A DNA stretch of 61,300 bases from a virus (Duplodnaviria; Caudoviricetes), in IMG/VR virus record IMGVR_UViG_3300021961_006819, positions 1 through 61,300 of that record. One strand, written 5' to 3'. Every line of letters starts with the position of its first letter. Positions within the stretch are counted from its first letter, which is position 1. Both the position numbers and the translations under genes were made by a program. The notes under the pieces were generated by a model. It was given only the letters and a program-made list of their open reading frames with translations, was not told the DNA's origin and did no database searches. Positions 30,192-39,927 of this stretch are shown here, piece after piece.

Positions 30192-31767
30192 GAAATTAAT
30201 ATTATTTTTAATCTTTGTATTGAGTGGCTTGGGTGTATACGCTCAGGCCACTTATACATATATAGACCCGTGTACTGGTGCACCGGTCACCATTCCCATT
30301 CAACAAGGTGGGGTAACAATGTCCTATGGGGGACAAGTCCAATTCTTTACTTATGCACAATTACAAGCCGGTGCTTACCAATCTTGGGTAGCCGGAATCA
30401 ACGCAACATTTCCACCAGGAACTGACCCTTGTGCTGGTCAAGGTGAGGCGGTAACAAACAATTTTAATACAAACTTGGGAAGTAATACTGCTACTACAAT
30501 TACAGGTATTGTTAGTATGGCTGCAAGTTTAGGTTCATCAATGAGTGGTGCGGCTTCAACCGCAGGTGGAATTAGTTCATCTGCAGCTGGAGGTGCTTCT
30601 GCCGGTGGTGGTAATTCTAATAACAATGATAACGGAGATAATAATGGTAATTCTAACAACTCTAACAATAGTGGTTCTTCTACTGGCTCTAATAGTAGCG
30701 GGAATTCTTCAGGTTCTTCAACATCAGGAGGAACGAGTGGGTCGAATGGCGGGTCATCTTCTAATGGCGGTAACAGTGGTTCTGGGGGCTCTTCCGGCGG
30801 TTCTTCTGGTTCTTCAGGCGGTGGGTCTACTGGCGGAGGAGGCTCAAACGGAGGTTCGAGTGGAGGTTCATCGGGTGGAAACAATGGCTCCGGTGGCGGA
30901 AGTACCGGTGGTTCTGGAGGTGGCGGAGGTGGAAGCACCGACCCCAACTCTGGAGTAAGTGGAACTGGTAGTACCGGTGGTGGAACTACTGAAAGTGGTG
31001 GAACTGAATCTACGGGCGCCGTGGGTGAAGGAACTACTACAACTACATCCGGTGGTGATTCTGAATCATCTGGTGATGGTGATGGTGGTGGTGGAGGAGG
31101 AGGCGGCAAACCCAAATCGAAACAAGAGAAAGTTGGTAGAGGTGCTTTGATTGGTGCTGGTGACTTTGTAATTATCCGTAACTCCGCAAACATCCAAGAC
31201 ACGGGCGTGGACAACTTCAAGTTCAATATGTCCCTTACTCACCTTAACACCAAACAAACATTCATTAAAGGTGTGAATCTAAACTATCAGACGGGTGAAA
31301 ATGTTGCGAATGTGACTTTGTATGGTTCATACAAAACACCATCCTTTATGGGAATCTTTTCAAACTCAACAATGTCAAACTTCACTACGGATTGGTTCAA
31401 TACCACATCGTTAATGGCGGCTCAAAAAGTAAAGTCGGTTACCGGTATGGTTGGTACGAACTTTACCTATGGATACTTGGGTAAGGGCCAGTTCTCCAAC
31501 TGGTCAATCATTGGTGGTGGATTCACGAATTTCAAGGGTGGTAGAAACTTTGGAGCTAATGTATTGTTATTGGGAGTGTATTCTCCATACATTTTCTACT
31601 ATGAAGGACAATGGTATAAATCTGGAATACTACTTATACCTATGATGAACACCGATTTTAAGGTGAGTGATTCATTCAAATGGAGTATCTCATTTTCAGG
31701 AGTTTATCAGTATGGAGCCGACATCCTAAACTGGCAATTATCAACGGGAACAAAGATTTTGTTATGA
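30181..31767 (+). CDS. Secreted protein with Gly/Ser/Asn-rich linker and probable C-terminal beta-barrel
   Basis: Signal peptide, long GS-rich tract, C-terminal amphipathic strands. Confidence 0.65.
   Translation: MDGKKLILFLIFVLSGLGVYAQATYTYIDPCTGAPVTIPIQQGGVTMSYGGQVQFFTYAQLQAGAYQSWVAGINATFPPGTDPCAGQGEAVTNNFNTNLGSNTATTITGIVSMAASLGSSMSGAASTAGGISSSAAGGASAGGGNSNNNDNGDNNGNSNNSNNSGSSTGSNSSGNSSGSSTSGGTSGSNGGSSSNGGNSGSGGSSGGSSGSSGGGSTGGGGSNGGSSGGSSGGNNGSGGGSTGGSGGGGGGSTDPNSGVSGTGSTGGGTTESGGTESTGAVGEGTTTTTSGGDSESSGDGDGGGGGGGGKPKSKQEKVGRGALIGAGDFVIIRNSANIQDTGVDNFKFNMSLTHLNTKQTFIKGVNLNYQTGENVANVTLYGSYKTPSFMGIFSNSTMSNFTTDWFNTTSLMAAQKVKSVTGMVGTNFTYGYLGKGQFSNWSIIGGGFTNFKGGRNFGANVLLLGVYSPYIFYYEGQWYKSGILLIPMMNTDFKVSDSFKWSISFSGVYQYGADILNWQLSTGTKILL
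30540..31110 (+). repeat. Low-complexity Gly/Ser-coding tract
   Basis: GGN/TCN-rich degenerate repeats encoding GGSSGG. Confidence 0.8.
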
Positions 31768-32882
31768 GAAAGTTTATTTTAACTCTGATTTTTGTACTAA
31801 TAGTACAAATTTGGGGATATTCTCAAACCATAACTCTTACCCCAATAGGAAATCATAGTGTTAGTGGTATACCAATAAAAATGGAACACTATGTCACTAC
31901 AACAAATTCAAGCACATTTGTAAGAGTATTCAGAACCCATTATGGAAATGGTAATACATCACAATACGCTCAATACCCATCCACTCGTTCTGAAATGGAT
32001 AAGTTATTTAATACTACATTTGCAGCAACAACTTGGTGGTGGCAAGGAAATATAAATGGTGGTACATCATTAAACTTTACGGCATACACAACACTAACTT
32101 CAGCCGGAGTATCCGTACCATCGGGTGGTGATTACTATGCCACGGAAGTAACATTCAACTTTGTTGCGGCAGAAACAGGCACCTACTCTTTTGGTATAAC
32201 ATCTGATGATGGTTCTGATTTAACAATCAACGGAACTTCGGTAATTGAATATTATGGTGGTAAGGGGATTGGTACTTACAAATATGGTAGTTACTCTATG
32301 ACAAAGGGTAATTCATATACAATTGTAGCACGAATGCAGGAATATGGTGGTGGTGATGGTTTGATAGTTAAATGGAAAAGACCTTCACAATCATCGTATA
32401 GTTTACAATTATCAGAGGTAGGTACTACTTCATCTACTTGGACTACACAATCTACACAAAATACTAATAGTAGTGGTCAGGCCACTTGGTCAAATAGTTC
32501 CTCGTGGCCGTATCGTGTGACAATTAATGTTTCGAATGTATTTCATACCATCACTACGGATGATATGAATTATATGTTCGATGTTAGATTGGGTACTCAT
32601 ACCATTTCAGGTTGGGATTTCTATACTTGTGATTGTAACAACTCATCCACATTCACACTTGATGATATTGAATTTTGTTATACATTGTGGTTAAATGGAT
32701 ACTATCACAACAAGTATATCTTTACTCAAGCTGAAAAAACTACCATTGAATCAAATCCCAACACTAATTATTATAACACATATTCACCATCCCAAAATAG
32801 AACAATTCAAAACGAAAGTCAGTTTTATATTATGGGAACTGGTAAACATAAAACAACAACTCAATATTTGAGAATAGAATGA
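31764..32882 (+). CDS. Secreted PA14-domain protein with dockerin-like C-terminal region
   Basis: Signal peptide from ATG 31764; GTYSFGITSDDGSDLTING..QEYGGGDGL..W PA14 motifs; DCNNSSTFTLDD. Confidence 0.75.
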   Translation: MRKFILTLIFVLIVQIWGYSQTITLTPIGNHSVSGIPIKMEHYVTTTNSSTFVRVFRTHYGNGNTSQYAQYPSTRSEMDKLFNTTFAATTWWWQGNINGGTSLNFTAYTTLTSAGVSVPSGGDYYATEVTFNFVAAETGTYSFGITSDDGSDLTINGTSVIEYYGGKGIGTYKYGSYSMTKGNSYTIVARMQEYGGGDGLIVKWKRPSQSSYSLQLSEVGTTSSTWTTQSTQNTNSSGQATWSNSSSWPYRVTINVSNVFHTITTDDMNYMFDVRLGTHTISGWDFYTCDCNNSSTFTLDDIEFCYTLWLNGYYHNKYIFTQAEKTTIESNPNTNYYNTYSPSQNRTIQNESQFYIMGTGKHKTTTQYLRIE

Positions 32883-34033
32883 AATGGTTATTACTATTTT
32901 TACCAACCCTAACATTTGCCCAAACTATCACGGTAGTTCCGTTAGGTAATATTCGTAAGGATAGTATCCCAATCAAAGTCGAACATTATAGTTCGGCATC
33001 AACCACTGGTGCTATCACCAAAATCACATCCAACATTCCAACTGATAGAGGTCGAACGGGGTTAACTCAAATATGGAATACCGCAAACTCCGACCAAGGT
33101 AATTTGACGGTAAACTTCCCAAGTGGGTATGGATTTGCCGTTGGGACAACAACATACTCAAACGCAACCCTACACGCAAATGCTTGGTTTGCTCTTGGAA
33201 CATCGACATATAATAGTTACGCAGGAAACGCATCAAATCCAAATGTCCCAACCATCCACTTCACATCGGTAAACAATTCAAATACAGACAATAATATGTC
33301 GTGGGCTGGGACTGAAACTTATTATGACTCTACATTGAGTGCTGATGTATTTAGAGTGAGATACGAAGGTAGTTACAAATACAATGTTAGTGGTATCAAC
33401 ACAAAAATAGATTTGATATTCTTTAAATCAGATTGGACTAAATGTTATGTCCTAACACGAACATTCCTTGCGGATGGTTCTGGTATAGAACAAATCGGTC
33501 TATCAAATGGTTCATCGTGGTTGGCGTCAATCACCAACTCAAGTTTCTCAAGTGGGGAGTGTTACCAACTGACATCATCTGCGACGGTAGCCGCTTGGAC
33601 ATCCCAAGGAACAAAATACACCGACTCTACCGGTAAAGTGGTATTCACAAATAGTAGTGGCGCTCAATATAGAGTGACCTTACCATCTATGACTTATGCC
33701 GCCGACACCTCAACTCGTTCATATTTCAGTAGTAGAATCCTACAACTGGATTCCGTGGTTGGATTTGATTGGTATTGTTTGGATGTTTATAGTGATAACA
33801 AAATAGATGTGGCTGATATACAAGCCGCATATTATTCACATAATCAGTCCACCTTACGAAATGGTCTTTGGTTTACTCAATCCGAGTATAACTCAATTGT
33901 AAATTCAACTACAAACCCAAAATCGACATATCCACCCTATTCTTCTGCGGTGATATCGAATCAAAATACATTTTATATAATAGTTATGACATATCCACCC
34001 AAATCATTTAAAAAAGTAGGAGAATTAAAATGA
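32879..34033 (+). CDS. Secreted protein, paralog of 31764 with a different inserted domain
   Basis: Signal peptide; QTIT..PLGN..IPIKVEHY, TDSTG..YRVTL and DVYSDNKIDVADI. Confidence 0.65.
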   Translation: MKWLLLFLPTLTFAQTITVVPLGNIRKDSIPIKVEHYSSASTTGAITKITSNIPTDRGRTGLTQIWNTANSDQGNLTVNFPSGYGFAVGTTTYSNATLHANAWFALGTSTYNSYAGNASNPNVPTIHFTSVNNSNTDNNMSWAGTETYYDSTLSADVFRVRYEGSYKYNVSGINTKIDLIFFKSDWTKCYVLTRTFLADGSGIEQIGLSNGSSWLASITNSSFSSGECYQLTSSATVAAWTSQGTKYTDSTGKVVFTNSSGAQYRVTLPSMTYAADTSTRSYFSSRILQLDSVVGFDWYCLDVYSDNKIDVADIQAAYYSHNQSTLRNGLWFTQSEYNSIVNSTTNPKSTYPPYSSAVISNQNTFYIIVMTYPPKSFKKVGELK

Positions 34034-34428
34034 ACCCAATCGTATGTTACTTCGTTGCTTCAGTAATGTCTTTAGCATCTATCAAAGATATCCCACAAGA
34101 AAAGTTCACCTTTGGTGTTAGACAAATCACGGAAGAGATTCTCGCCGAATCCGCACCTATTTGTCCTGATGGTTCACCTGTTTATGTGGTTGTAGAATCT
34201 ATTGAAGCTCCAACCAACGCAGTTAGAATCGGACCATTCGAATTCAAACAAAAAAAGACCATCGTTACAGTTAAAGTAACCAAAGATGGTAAGGAAACCA
34301 TTGGGGTTGGAACTGCTAAAATGAATGTCGCAGCCACTCTTTTACAACTCCAAGACCCAGACCTTCCGTTCGAACAAACGGAATTTTCAATTGCTATGAA
34401 AAAAGCGATTGAATCCGCGCTTAGGTAA
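34030..34428 (+). CDS. Hypothetical protein of the secreted cluster
   Basis: FGVRQITEEIL..GVGTA..FSIAMKKAI, weakly CsgG-like. Confidence 0.55.
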   Translation: MNPIVCYFVASVMSLASIKDIPQEKFTFGVRQITEEILAESAPICPDGSPVYVVVESIEAPTNAVRIGPFEFKQKKTIVTVKVTKDGKETIGVGTAKMNVAATLLQLQDPDLPFEQTEFSIAMKKAIESALR

Positions 34429-34461
34429 TATTTATTATTACATATTTGTATAGAGGTCTGA

Positions 34462-35274
34462 ATGAATAAACTGATTCGTGAATGCATCATCGTGGCCAAG
34501 AAGGTCGGAGATGCGGTGATTATGGCGAAAAACCGAGATAGGGCCTACAAACCCCAATTGGAAATTGTCCACGAGATTGTGGATGGTGTTGAGATTGCAT
34601 ATCTACGAGATATGGTTACGGATTGGTCTGAAGGACTAAACGAATATGGTATTGGTGTATTGAATACCGCACTAATGGTTGGATACGATGAGAATGAGAA
34701 GAAAATCGTAAAGAAGGGTGGTAAACCTTCTAAAGATGGCGCAAGAATCCGACAAGCACTAACAAGTAAAACTTTAAGACAAGCCGTAGAAACTGTTGCC
34801 AAAATGGGAGTGAAGGGACATACCTTCGTTTCAGACCCTCAAAAGATGGTATCTATGGAAATGACCTCTAAACATAACCCTAAATTAGACATCAGAGATT
34901 TATCCTCTGATAACTTTGTTAGGACAAACCACGGTTATCATTACTATGATGCCGGATACACAAAAGGTGATGATTACCTTTCATCTAAAATCAGAAAGAT
35001 TTCTGCTGAAAAGGTACTTGGAGCCGCCGAAGAAGCTATGGACATCCTTGATGGATTGAAGAAACAATTCTACGCAAGTGATTCTCATTTGAATATGAGA
35101 AGGGATACGGAAAAAATGTCTACCTCTTCACAATTGATGTTGAATCTTACGGACCGAGAAATGACTCTTCACTACTTCAAGTCAAAGGTGGAGAAGTTCA
35201 ACGGAATCGTAAATAGATTGCCGGAAGGACACACTCCGAAAATTAAGATTCATATTCAAGAAGTGGAGTTGTAA
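34462..35274 (+). CDS. Ntn-hydrolase-fold protein (NRDE/C45-like)
   Basis: CIIV near N-terminus, AKNRDR, WSEGLNEYGI and RTNHG. Confidence 0.7.
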   Translation: MNKLIRECIIVAKKVGDAVIMAKNRDRAYKPQLEIVHEIVDGVEIAYLRDMVTDWSEGLNEYGIGVLNTALMVGYDENEKKIVKKGGKPSKDGARIRQALTSKTLRQAVETVAKMGVKGHTFVSDPQKMVSMEMTSKHNPKLDIRDLSSDNFVRTNHGYHYYDAGYTKGDDYLSSKIRKISAEKVLGAAEEAMDILDGLKKQFYASDSHLNMRRDTEKMSTSSQLMLNLTDREMTLHYFKSKVEKFNGIVNRLPEGHTPKIKIHIQEVEL

Positions 35275-35275
35275 A

Positions 35276-35419
35276 ATGGCAAAAGCTAAAGCACAAACGG
35301 CGTCTTCGTTCAAAGAGAAGCCAAAAGTATCAAGACCAGGCGTTCACGCCAAAACCAGAACATCATCTTTGAAGTCCTCAAAGAATTACAAAAAGAAATA
35401 TAGAGGACAAGGTAAGTAA
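35276..35419 (+). CDS. Small basic phage protein ending KKYRGQGK, 47 aa
   Basis: Not in ORF track; MAKAKAQ...KNYKKKYRGQGK; YRGQG tail recurs in small proteins of T4-like phages. Confidence 0.65.
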   Translation: MAKAKAQTASSFKEKPKVSRPGVHAKTRTSSLKSSKNYKKKYRGQGK

Positions 35420-35420
35420 G

Positions 35421-35543
35421 ATGGGAAGGTCAGAAAAGAAAAGATTACTTTCTGCTAAACCAAAAAGTAGAAAGAGTCAATTAAAGTTTCAGAAACGAAT
35501 GGAAGAAAACCATCGTGTACTGAAATCACTTGAACAAAAATAA
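35421..35543 (+). CDS. Small basic hypothetical protein, 40 aa
   Basis: MGRSEKKRLLSAKPKSRKSQLKFQKRMEENHRVLKSLEQK fills the gap between neighbours. Confidence 0.45.
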   Translation: MGRSEKKRLLSAKPKSRKSQLKFQKRMEENHRVLKSLEQK

Positions 35544-35562
35544 TTTAATACTTATATACGAT

Positions 35563-36660
35563 ATGCCATTAGTAAAGACAAAACGAGGAATAGAAAGACA
35601 AGCTCTTCAAGCCATCCACAATCCTCCATCTGCAACTCAAACTGTAAAAGTCAGTAAAGAGAATCAAGATGAGAAGAGAAAGATGGTAAAGGAGCTTATT
35701 CCGTTTTTGGCATATCTCTATAAAAAGTATATGGGTGCTACAATCTCCGAGAGAGTTGTGGAATCTTATTTGGAATCAAGAACCAATACCCACCTTACTA
35801 AACTCACCGAAGTTAAAAAAAAAAGTTCTAATCAACCTGAATACAAAGAGGTAGACCCAACTTTGGCTTCTCCACGAGGATTTGAAAGTCCTATGGATGT
35901 TGAAGATGAGTTGGATATGGTAGGTGATGAACTAACCGAAGACATTAACATCCCATTGAATGTGGGTGATACTGTTTTGGGTGGTAAGTTTAAGAACAAA
36001 CGAATTGTCGTAAAATCTATTGGTAAGAACGAAAAGGGTGAGATTACCATCAATGGTAAACCTCTTCTCAAATATAGATTAGTAAGTGAAGCAAACGCAG
36101 TAAGTGGTGGTAAGGTCAACAAATACATTACAGGTAAGAATCTTACATTAAAGGGTAAGAAGTATTCCGATATTGAGTTTGAGGTATTGAGTATTGATAA
36201 CAAATCTCAATTAGTCAAGTTGAAAGTATTAGCACCTAAAGGCATCTTTGGTCAAGAAATGAATGTTCCCTTCAAAACAATCAGAAGAGGTCCATTCTTA
36301 AAAACCAATACATCTATCAACGAAATCCCAATGGCGGACCTTCAGAAGATTGACCAATTTGCAGACAAACAATTGAACCCAATTGATGTTGTAATTACCG
36401 ACAAACATTTCTTTGATAGATTGAACGACCCTCGTAATGGTAAGGAAATATCAAACGCAGAGTTGATTGGATTCTTTAAGAGATTGGGTAAACACAAAAA
36501 AGAGTTCTTGGATTTCTTGGAGAAATACAAAGAGGTAGTTGCTACTGATGATAGAACAAACATCAATATCCCATTTATGAAACAGGCGAACAAAGCTATT
36601 GCCAAGACCATTATGAGGAAAAATAATTTTAAAACTCCTGGTGAAAAGTTGGAATTCTAA
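35563..36660 (+). CDS. Multi-module putative internal head protein
   Basis: Modules separated by LTE/VSE/INE; last module has HFFDRLNDPRN; start at ATG 35563. Confidence 0.55.
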   Translation: MPLVKTKRGIERQALQAIHNPPSATQTVKVSKENQDEKRKMVKELIPFLAYLYKKYMGATISERVVESYLESRTNTHLTKLTEVKKKSSNQPEYKEVDPTLASPRGFESPMDVEDELDMVGDELTEDINIPLNVGDTVLGGKFKNKRIVVKSIGKNEKGEITINGKPLLKYRLVSEANAVSGGKVNKYITGKNLTLKGKKYSDIEFEVLSIDNKSQLVKLKVLAPKGIFGQEMNVPFKTIRRGPFLKTNTSINEIPMADLQKIDQFADKQLNPIDVVITDKHFFDRLNDPRNGKEISNAELIGFFKRLGKHKKEFLDFLEKYKEVVATDDRTNINIPFMKQANKAIAKTIMRKNNFKTPGEKLEF

Positions 36661-36681
36661 TAATTTATTCGTATATTTGTA

Positions 36682-37443
36682 ATGAAGCTGAAACAACTCA
36701 TATTAGAAGGAATGTACGATAAACTGACAGGTGATATCAATAAGGCGGTATTCTCCAAGATGAAAGACGCCATCAAGGGTAGTGGTACTCAAGAGAAACC
36801 CAAGAAGTACAAGGGGTATGAAGTTCGTAAAGACCCAATCCCAACCCTATCACTACAACATATGTTTCAATCGGAAAAGAAGACCATCTATGTTGGTGAG
36901 TTCAACGACCCTGTAAGTGGTGTTGATGTTGAAGTAGAATTGAAATTTGCTATTAGTGAAGATGGTGTTAAGCCAGGCGCATTCTTTATCGATGGTTCTG
37001 CTGAAGCCGATTCCGATTACCCATCTATTGAGGTAAACATTGGAATCCATCCAAATGATGAAAAGGGTTCTATCTTCTCAAAGATTCAGCCAGTTCTTCG
37101 TGATTTAGTAAGACACGAGATTGAACACTTGACTCACGGAAAGGATTCCGCCGCCGTAAAACTATCAAAGGTTCTTCGTGGTGATGAAGCTATGAGAGTT
37201 AAGATTCGCCAGAATCCTGAATTGTTCTACAAATACTTCTTACTACCAAAAGAGGTAGATGCTAACATCCACGGATTGTATTCAAAAGCAAAGACAATGA
37301 AGAAACCATACCAAGATGTGGTTGATGACTATTTAGATTCATTGGTAGATGATGGTATCATCACACCGAAGAATAGACAATTGATTTATAAAACTTGGAA
37401 AGCCAGAATCCCAAAGATTGGCGGTCTTCCTACATTGAAGTGA
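36682..37443 (+). CDS. HExxH protein (putative metalloprotease-like head protein)
   Basis: MKLKQLILE leader; RHEIEH and YFLLPKEVDA. Confidence 0.6.
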   Translation: MKLKQLILEGMYDKLTGDINKAVFSKMKDAIKGSGTQEKPKKYKGYEVRKDPIPTLSLQHMFQSEKKTIYVGEFNDPVSGVDVEVELKFAISEDGVKPGAFFIDGSAEADSDYPSIEVNIGIHPNDEKGSIFSKIQPVLRDLVRHEIEHLTHGKDSAAVKLSKVLRGDEAMRVKIRQNPELFYKYFLLPKEVDANIHGLYSKAKTMKKPYQDVVDDYLDSLVDDGIITPKNRQLIYKTWKARIPKIGGLPTLK

Positions 37444-37447
37444 TACT

Positions 37448-38317
37448 ATGGATTTCAGTAATAACTCAAACTTAAAAGATTATCTCCGTAGAAAAGAGAT
37501 GGAAACGGAAGCCAAAAAAGCCAACCGAAATAGAATTATTGAACAACAAAACCGTGAGAGTTTCTTGAAGTATCAAGATTTTCTTCGTAGTCAACTCGCC
37601 GGTGATTATGAAATTCCAAATGAACCAATTGTTATTGATGGGTTAGTATTATACTATGACGCGGGTCTACAAACATCATACGCAGGTACAGGTACAACTA
37701 TCCGAGATATAACCGGGAATGGTAGACACGGAACAATTGCAGGTTCGCCAAACTATAATACAAAGGGTTGGTTTGATTTTGTAAACGACTCAATCATTAC
37801 TCCTGATTTAGACCAGTTAGTGACTATTGGCGATGAAGCACATTCCGTAGAGGTTTGGGTATATCCTACTAATAATGGTGTAATTGCATCATATCAAGGT
37901 TCTGGTGCTATAAACTCCGGTTATCACTTTAGTGCTATCGAATTGGTATCGGGTCAAGTAGAGTTTGGATTGTGGAATGGTGCAAGTATTACAAGTACAG
38001 GTCCAACCGGTGCTCTTACTTTAAACGAATGGCATCAACTTGTGTTAACATACAATGGACACGGTTCGCCTGTTAAAGGTTATATTGATGGTGTATTAGT
38101 AGACCAAACTGCAAATATGAACTTTAACTCACCGATGGATGATGCTATTTCTCAATTCAGAATTGCGTTTGGAACTCAAGATAATACTGACCAAGGTAAT
38201 GGTACTTATTTCGATGGTAGAATTTCGATTATGAAAGTATATGATAAAGAGTTAACCTCCGCCGAAGTGGTACAAAACTATACATCACATCATAGAAGAT
38301 TTGTTTACAATGGGTAA
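37448..38317 (+). CDS. LamG/concanavalin-A-like domain protein
   Basis: GLVLYYDAG, SVEVWVYP, WHQLVLTY, YIDGVL and VYDKELTSAEV. Confidence 0.85.
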   Translation: MDFSNNSNLKDYLRRKEMETEAKKANRNRIIEQQNRESFLKYQDFLRSQLAGDYEIPNEPIVIDGLVLYYDAGLQTSYAGTGTTIRDITGNGRHGTIAGSPNYNTKGWFDFVNDSIITPDLDQLVTIGDEAHSVEVWVYPTNNGVIASYQGSGAINSGYHFSAIELVSGQVEFGLWNGASITSTGPTGALTLNEWHQLVLTYNGHGSPVKGYIDGVLVDQTANMNFNSPMDDAISQFRIAFGTQDNTDQGNGTYFDGRISIMKVYDKELTSAEVVQNYTSHHRRFVYNG

Positions 38318-38879
38318 GGTATTAAGAGTATTCGACTTTGATGACACACTTGCAAAGAGTGTATCATACATCTATGTAAAACATTCGGATGGTACGGAAA
38401 CCAAAATGGACCCTGCTGAATATGCAAAGTATGTTCCACAAAAGGGGGATGTATTTGATTTCAAGGATTTCAATCGAATGTTGAACAAACCACAACTTAT
38501 TAAAAAGAATGTGGATTTACTTCGTAGGATGTTGTCAAACCCGGATAAAAAAGTAACAATTCTTACCGCTCGTAAATTAGGATTTCCTGTAAAGTATTGG
38601 TTCAAAAAAGAGTTGGGATTGGATGTTTATGTGGTTGGGTTGGGAAATGCTGACCCTCAAGCCAAAGCCGATTGGATTGAAAAACATATTGAAAAAGGTT
38701 ATACCGACATCGCTTTTATGGATGATTCAATCAAAAATGTAAAAGCAGTTCAAGGATTGCAGAAAAAACATCCAAACATCACAATCAAGTCCGTACTCGC
38801 CGTAGAACATTTATCGAGAGAAGAAACAAAAGAACTGATAGAAAATTATATTTCAGACACAAATTCTCTCTATTTATAG
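38310..38879 (+). CDS. HAD-superfamily hydrolase
   Basis: VFDFDDTL, ILTAR and FMDDS. Confidence 0.85.
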   Translation: MGKVLRVFDFDDTLAKSVSYIYVKHSDGTETKMDPAEYAKYVPQKGDVFDFKDFNRMLNKPQLIKKNVDLLRRMLSNPDKKVTILTARKLGFPVKYWFKKELGLDVYVVGLGNADPQAKADWIEKHIEKGYTDIAFMDDSIKNVKAVQGLQKKHPNITIKSVLAVEHLSREETKELIENYISDTNSLYL

Positions 38880-38911
38880 TCAGTTGTTGTTCAAAAACGA
38901 GGAATACCAAA

Positions 38912-39295
38912 ATGGCTAATACGCAAAAAGATATTTTAGAACAAATACTCGTAGAAATTGCTACGATGAAGACAAAACTCCCAAATGGTGAGTTAAAGCG
39001 TATGGAGGAATCCATTCGTGATTTAAGAGATAACTACACAACACTTAAAGAAGATGTGTCAGATATCAAATATACATTACTAAATCCCGAAGATGGGATT
39101 ATTGTTCGTGTGAATAAGAACACGGATTACCGACACGAACGAGAACACAAACAAGAATACTACGATAAAATTGTAACCGACTTTGAAAAGATGAAAGATT
39201 GGAAAGAGAGTGTTACTAAAGCTCTTTGGATAGTTTTCACCGCATTAGTTGGTATTGTGGGTTACATTTTATCAGGCGTAATGCCAAATACTTAA
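38912..39295 (+). CDS. Coiled-coil protein with C-terminal TM helix
   Basis: ALWIVFTALVGIVGYIL. Confidence 0.65.
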   Translation: MANTQKDILEQILVEIATMKTKLPNGELKRMEESIRDLRDNYTTLKEDVSDIKYTLLNPEDGIIVRVNKNTDYRHEREHKQEYYDKIVTDFEKMKDWKESVTKALWIVFTALVGIVGYILSGVMPNT

Positions 39296-39321
39296 TTTTA
39301 TTAAATTTCCCAACTCTATTT

Positions 39322-39537
39322 ATGGATGATTATCAACATATGGCTATGGATGAAGTGTACGACATTTTATTGTACAATCCAGACACAGTTGATATTGAAT
39401 TAAAAAGAAACCTCATTAAAAACCTAACGGAGTATTACACCGAAAAAGAAGAGTATGAGAAGTGTGTAAACCTCCAAGAAGTGCTAAGAGTGATGGAGAA
39501 CGGAAATGAAAATAATAATCAAACGAGTTGGTGGTGA
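39322..39537 (+). CDS. Small hypothetical protein (UVR-like motif)
   Basis: YYTEKEEYEKCVNL; start at ATG 39322. Confidence 0.55.
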   Translation: MDDYQHMAMDEVYDILLYNPDTVDIELKRNLIKNLTEYYTEKEEYEKCVNLQEVLRVMENGNENNNQTSWW

Positions 39538-39694
39538 TGTAGAAACCATCAGTAAAGAATACCTTGTATATGTAACAACGGATACTGAAACCTCCATTAG
39601 AGCCGAGGTGTGTGATTGGGATGAACTCAATCCACTTGTTCAGAAACTCAAAGAAGAATACCCTATCAAAGAAACAATCTATTTTGACCTTTAA
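39506..39694 (+). CDS. Hypothetical protein
   Basis: 62-aa ORF in operon. Confidence 0.5.
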   Translation: MKIIIKRVGGDVETISKEYLVYVTTDTETSIRAEVCDWDELNPLVQKLKEEYPIKETIYFDL

Positions 39695-39927
39695 TGGATT
39701 CCCGACTATATTTATTAAATGATGATGTTCACACTTTTGATGATGTGATATTCACGCTTCGTAAACACTTTGGATATTCCATCCTACACGGAGCGTCTAT
39801 CGCAACCATCGTTCACGAAAAAGGTGAGTGTGAGGTCAAAAGTGGTTTCTTTGAAGATTTAGAAATCTACAAAGAAAGTTTAACAAAAGATGGTTTTAAT
39901 GTAAAGATTAAAAAGTATGAATGGTAA
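39694..39927 (+). CDS. clpS: ClpS-like N-degron adaptor
   Basis: LYLLNDDVHTFDDVI..VHEKG..VKSG. Confidence 0.8.
   Translation: MDSRLYLLNDDVHTFDDVIFTLRKHFGYSILHGASIATIVHEKGECEVKSGFFEDLEIYKESLTKDGFNVKIKKYEW

Noticed and set aside
30540-31110. Curlin (CsgA) subunit next to the CsgG-like gene
   Set aside because: The tract lacks periodic curlin N-x-A-x-x-x-Q repeats and looks like a flexible Gly/Ser linker
30438-31226. 262-aa Pro-rich minus-strand ORF
   Set aside because: Antisense shadow of the Gly/Ser-rich tract of 30181-31767
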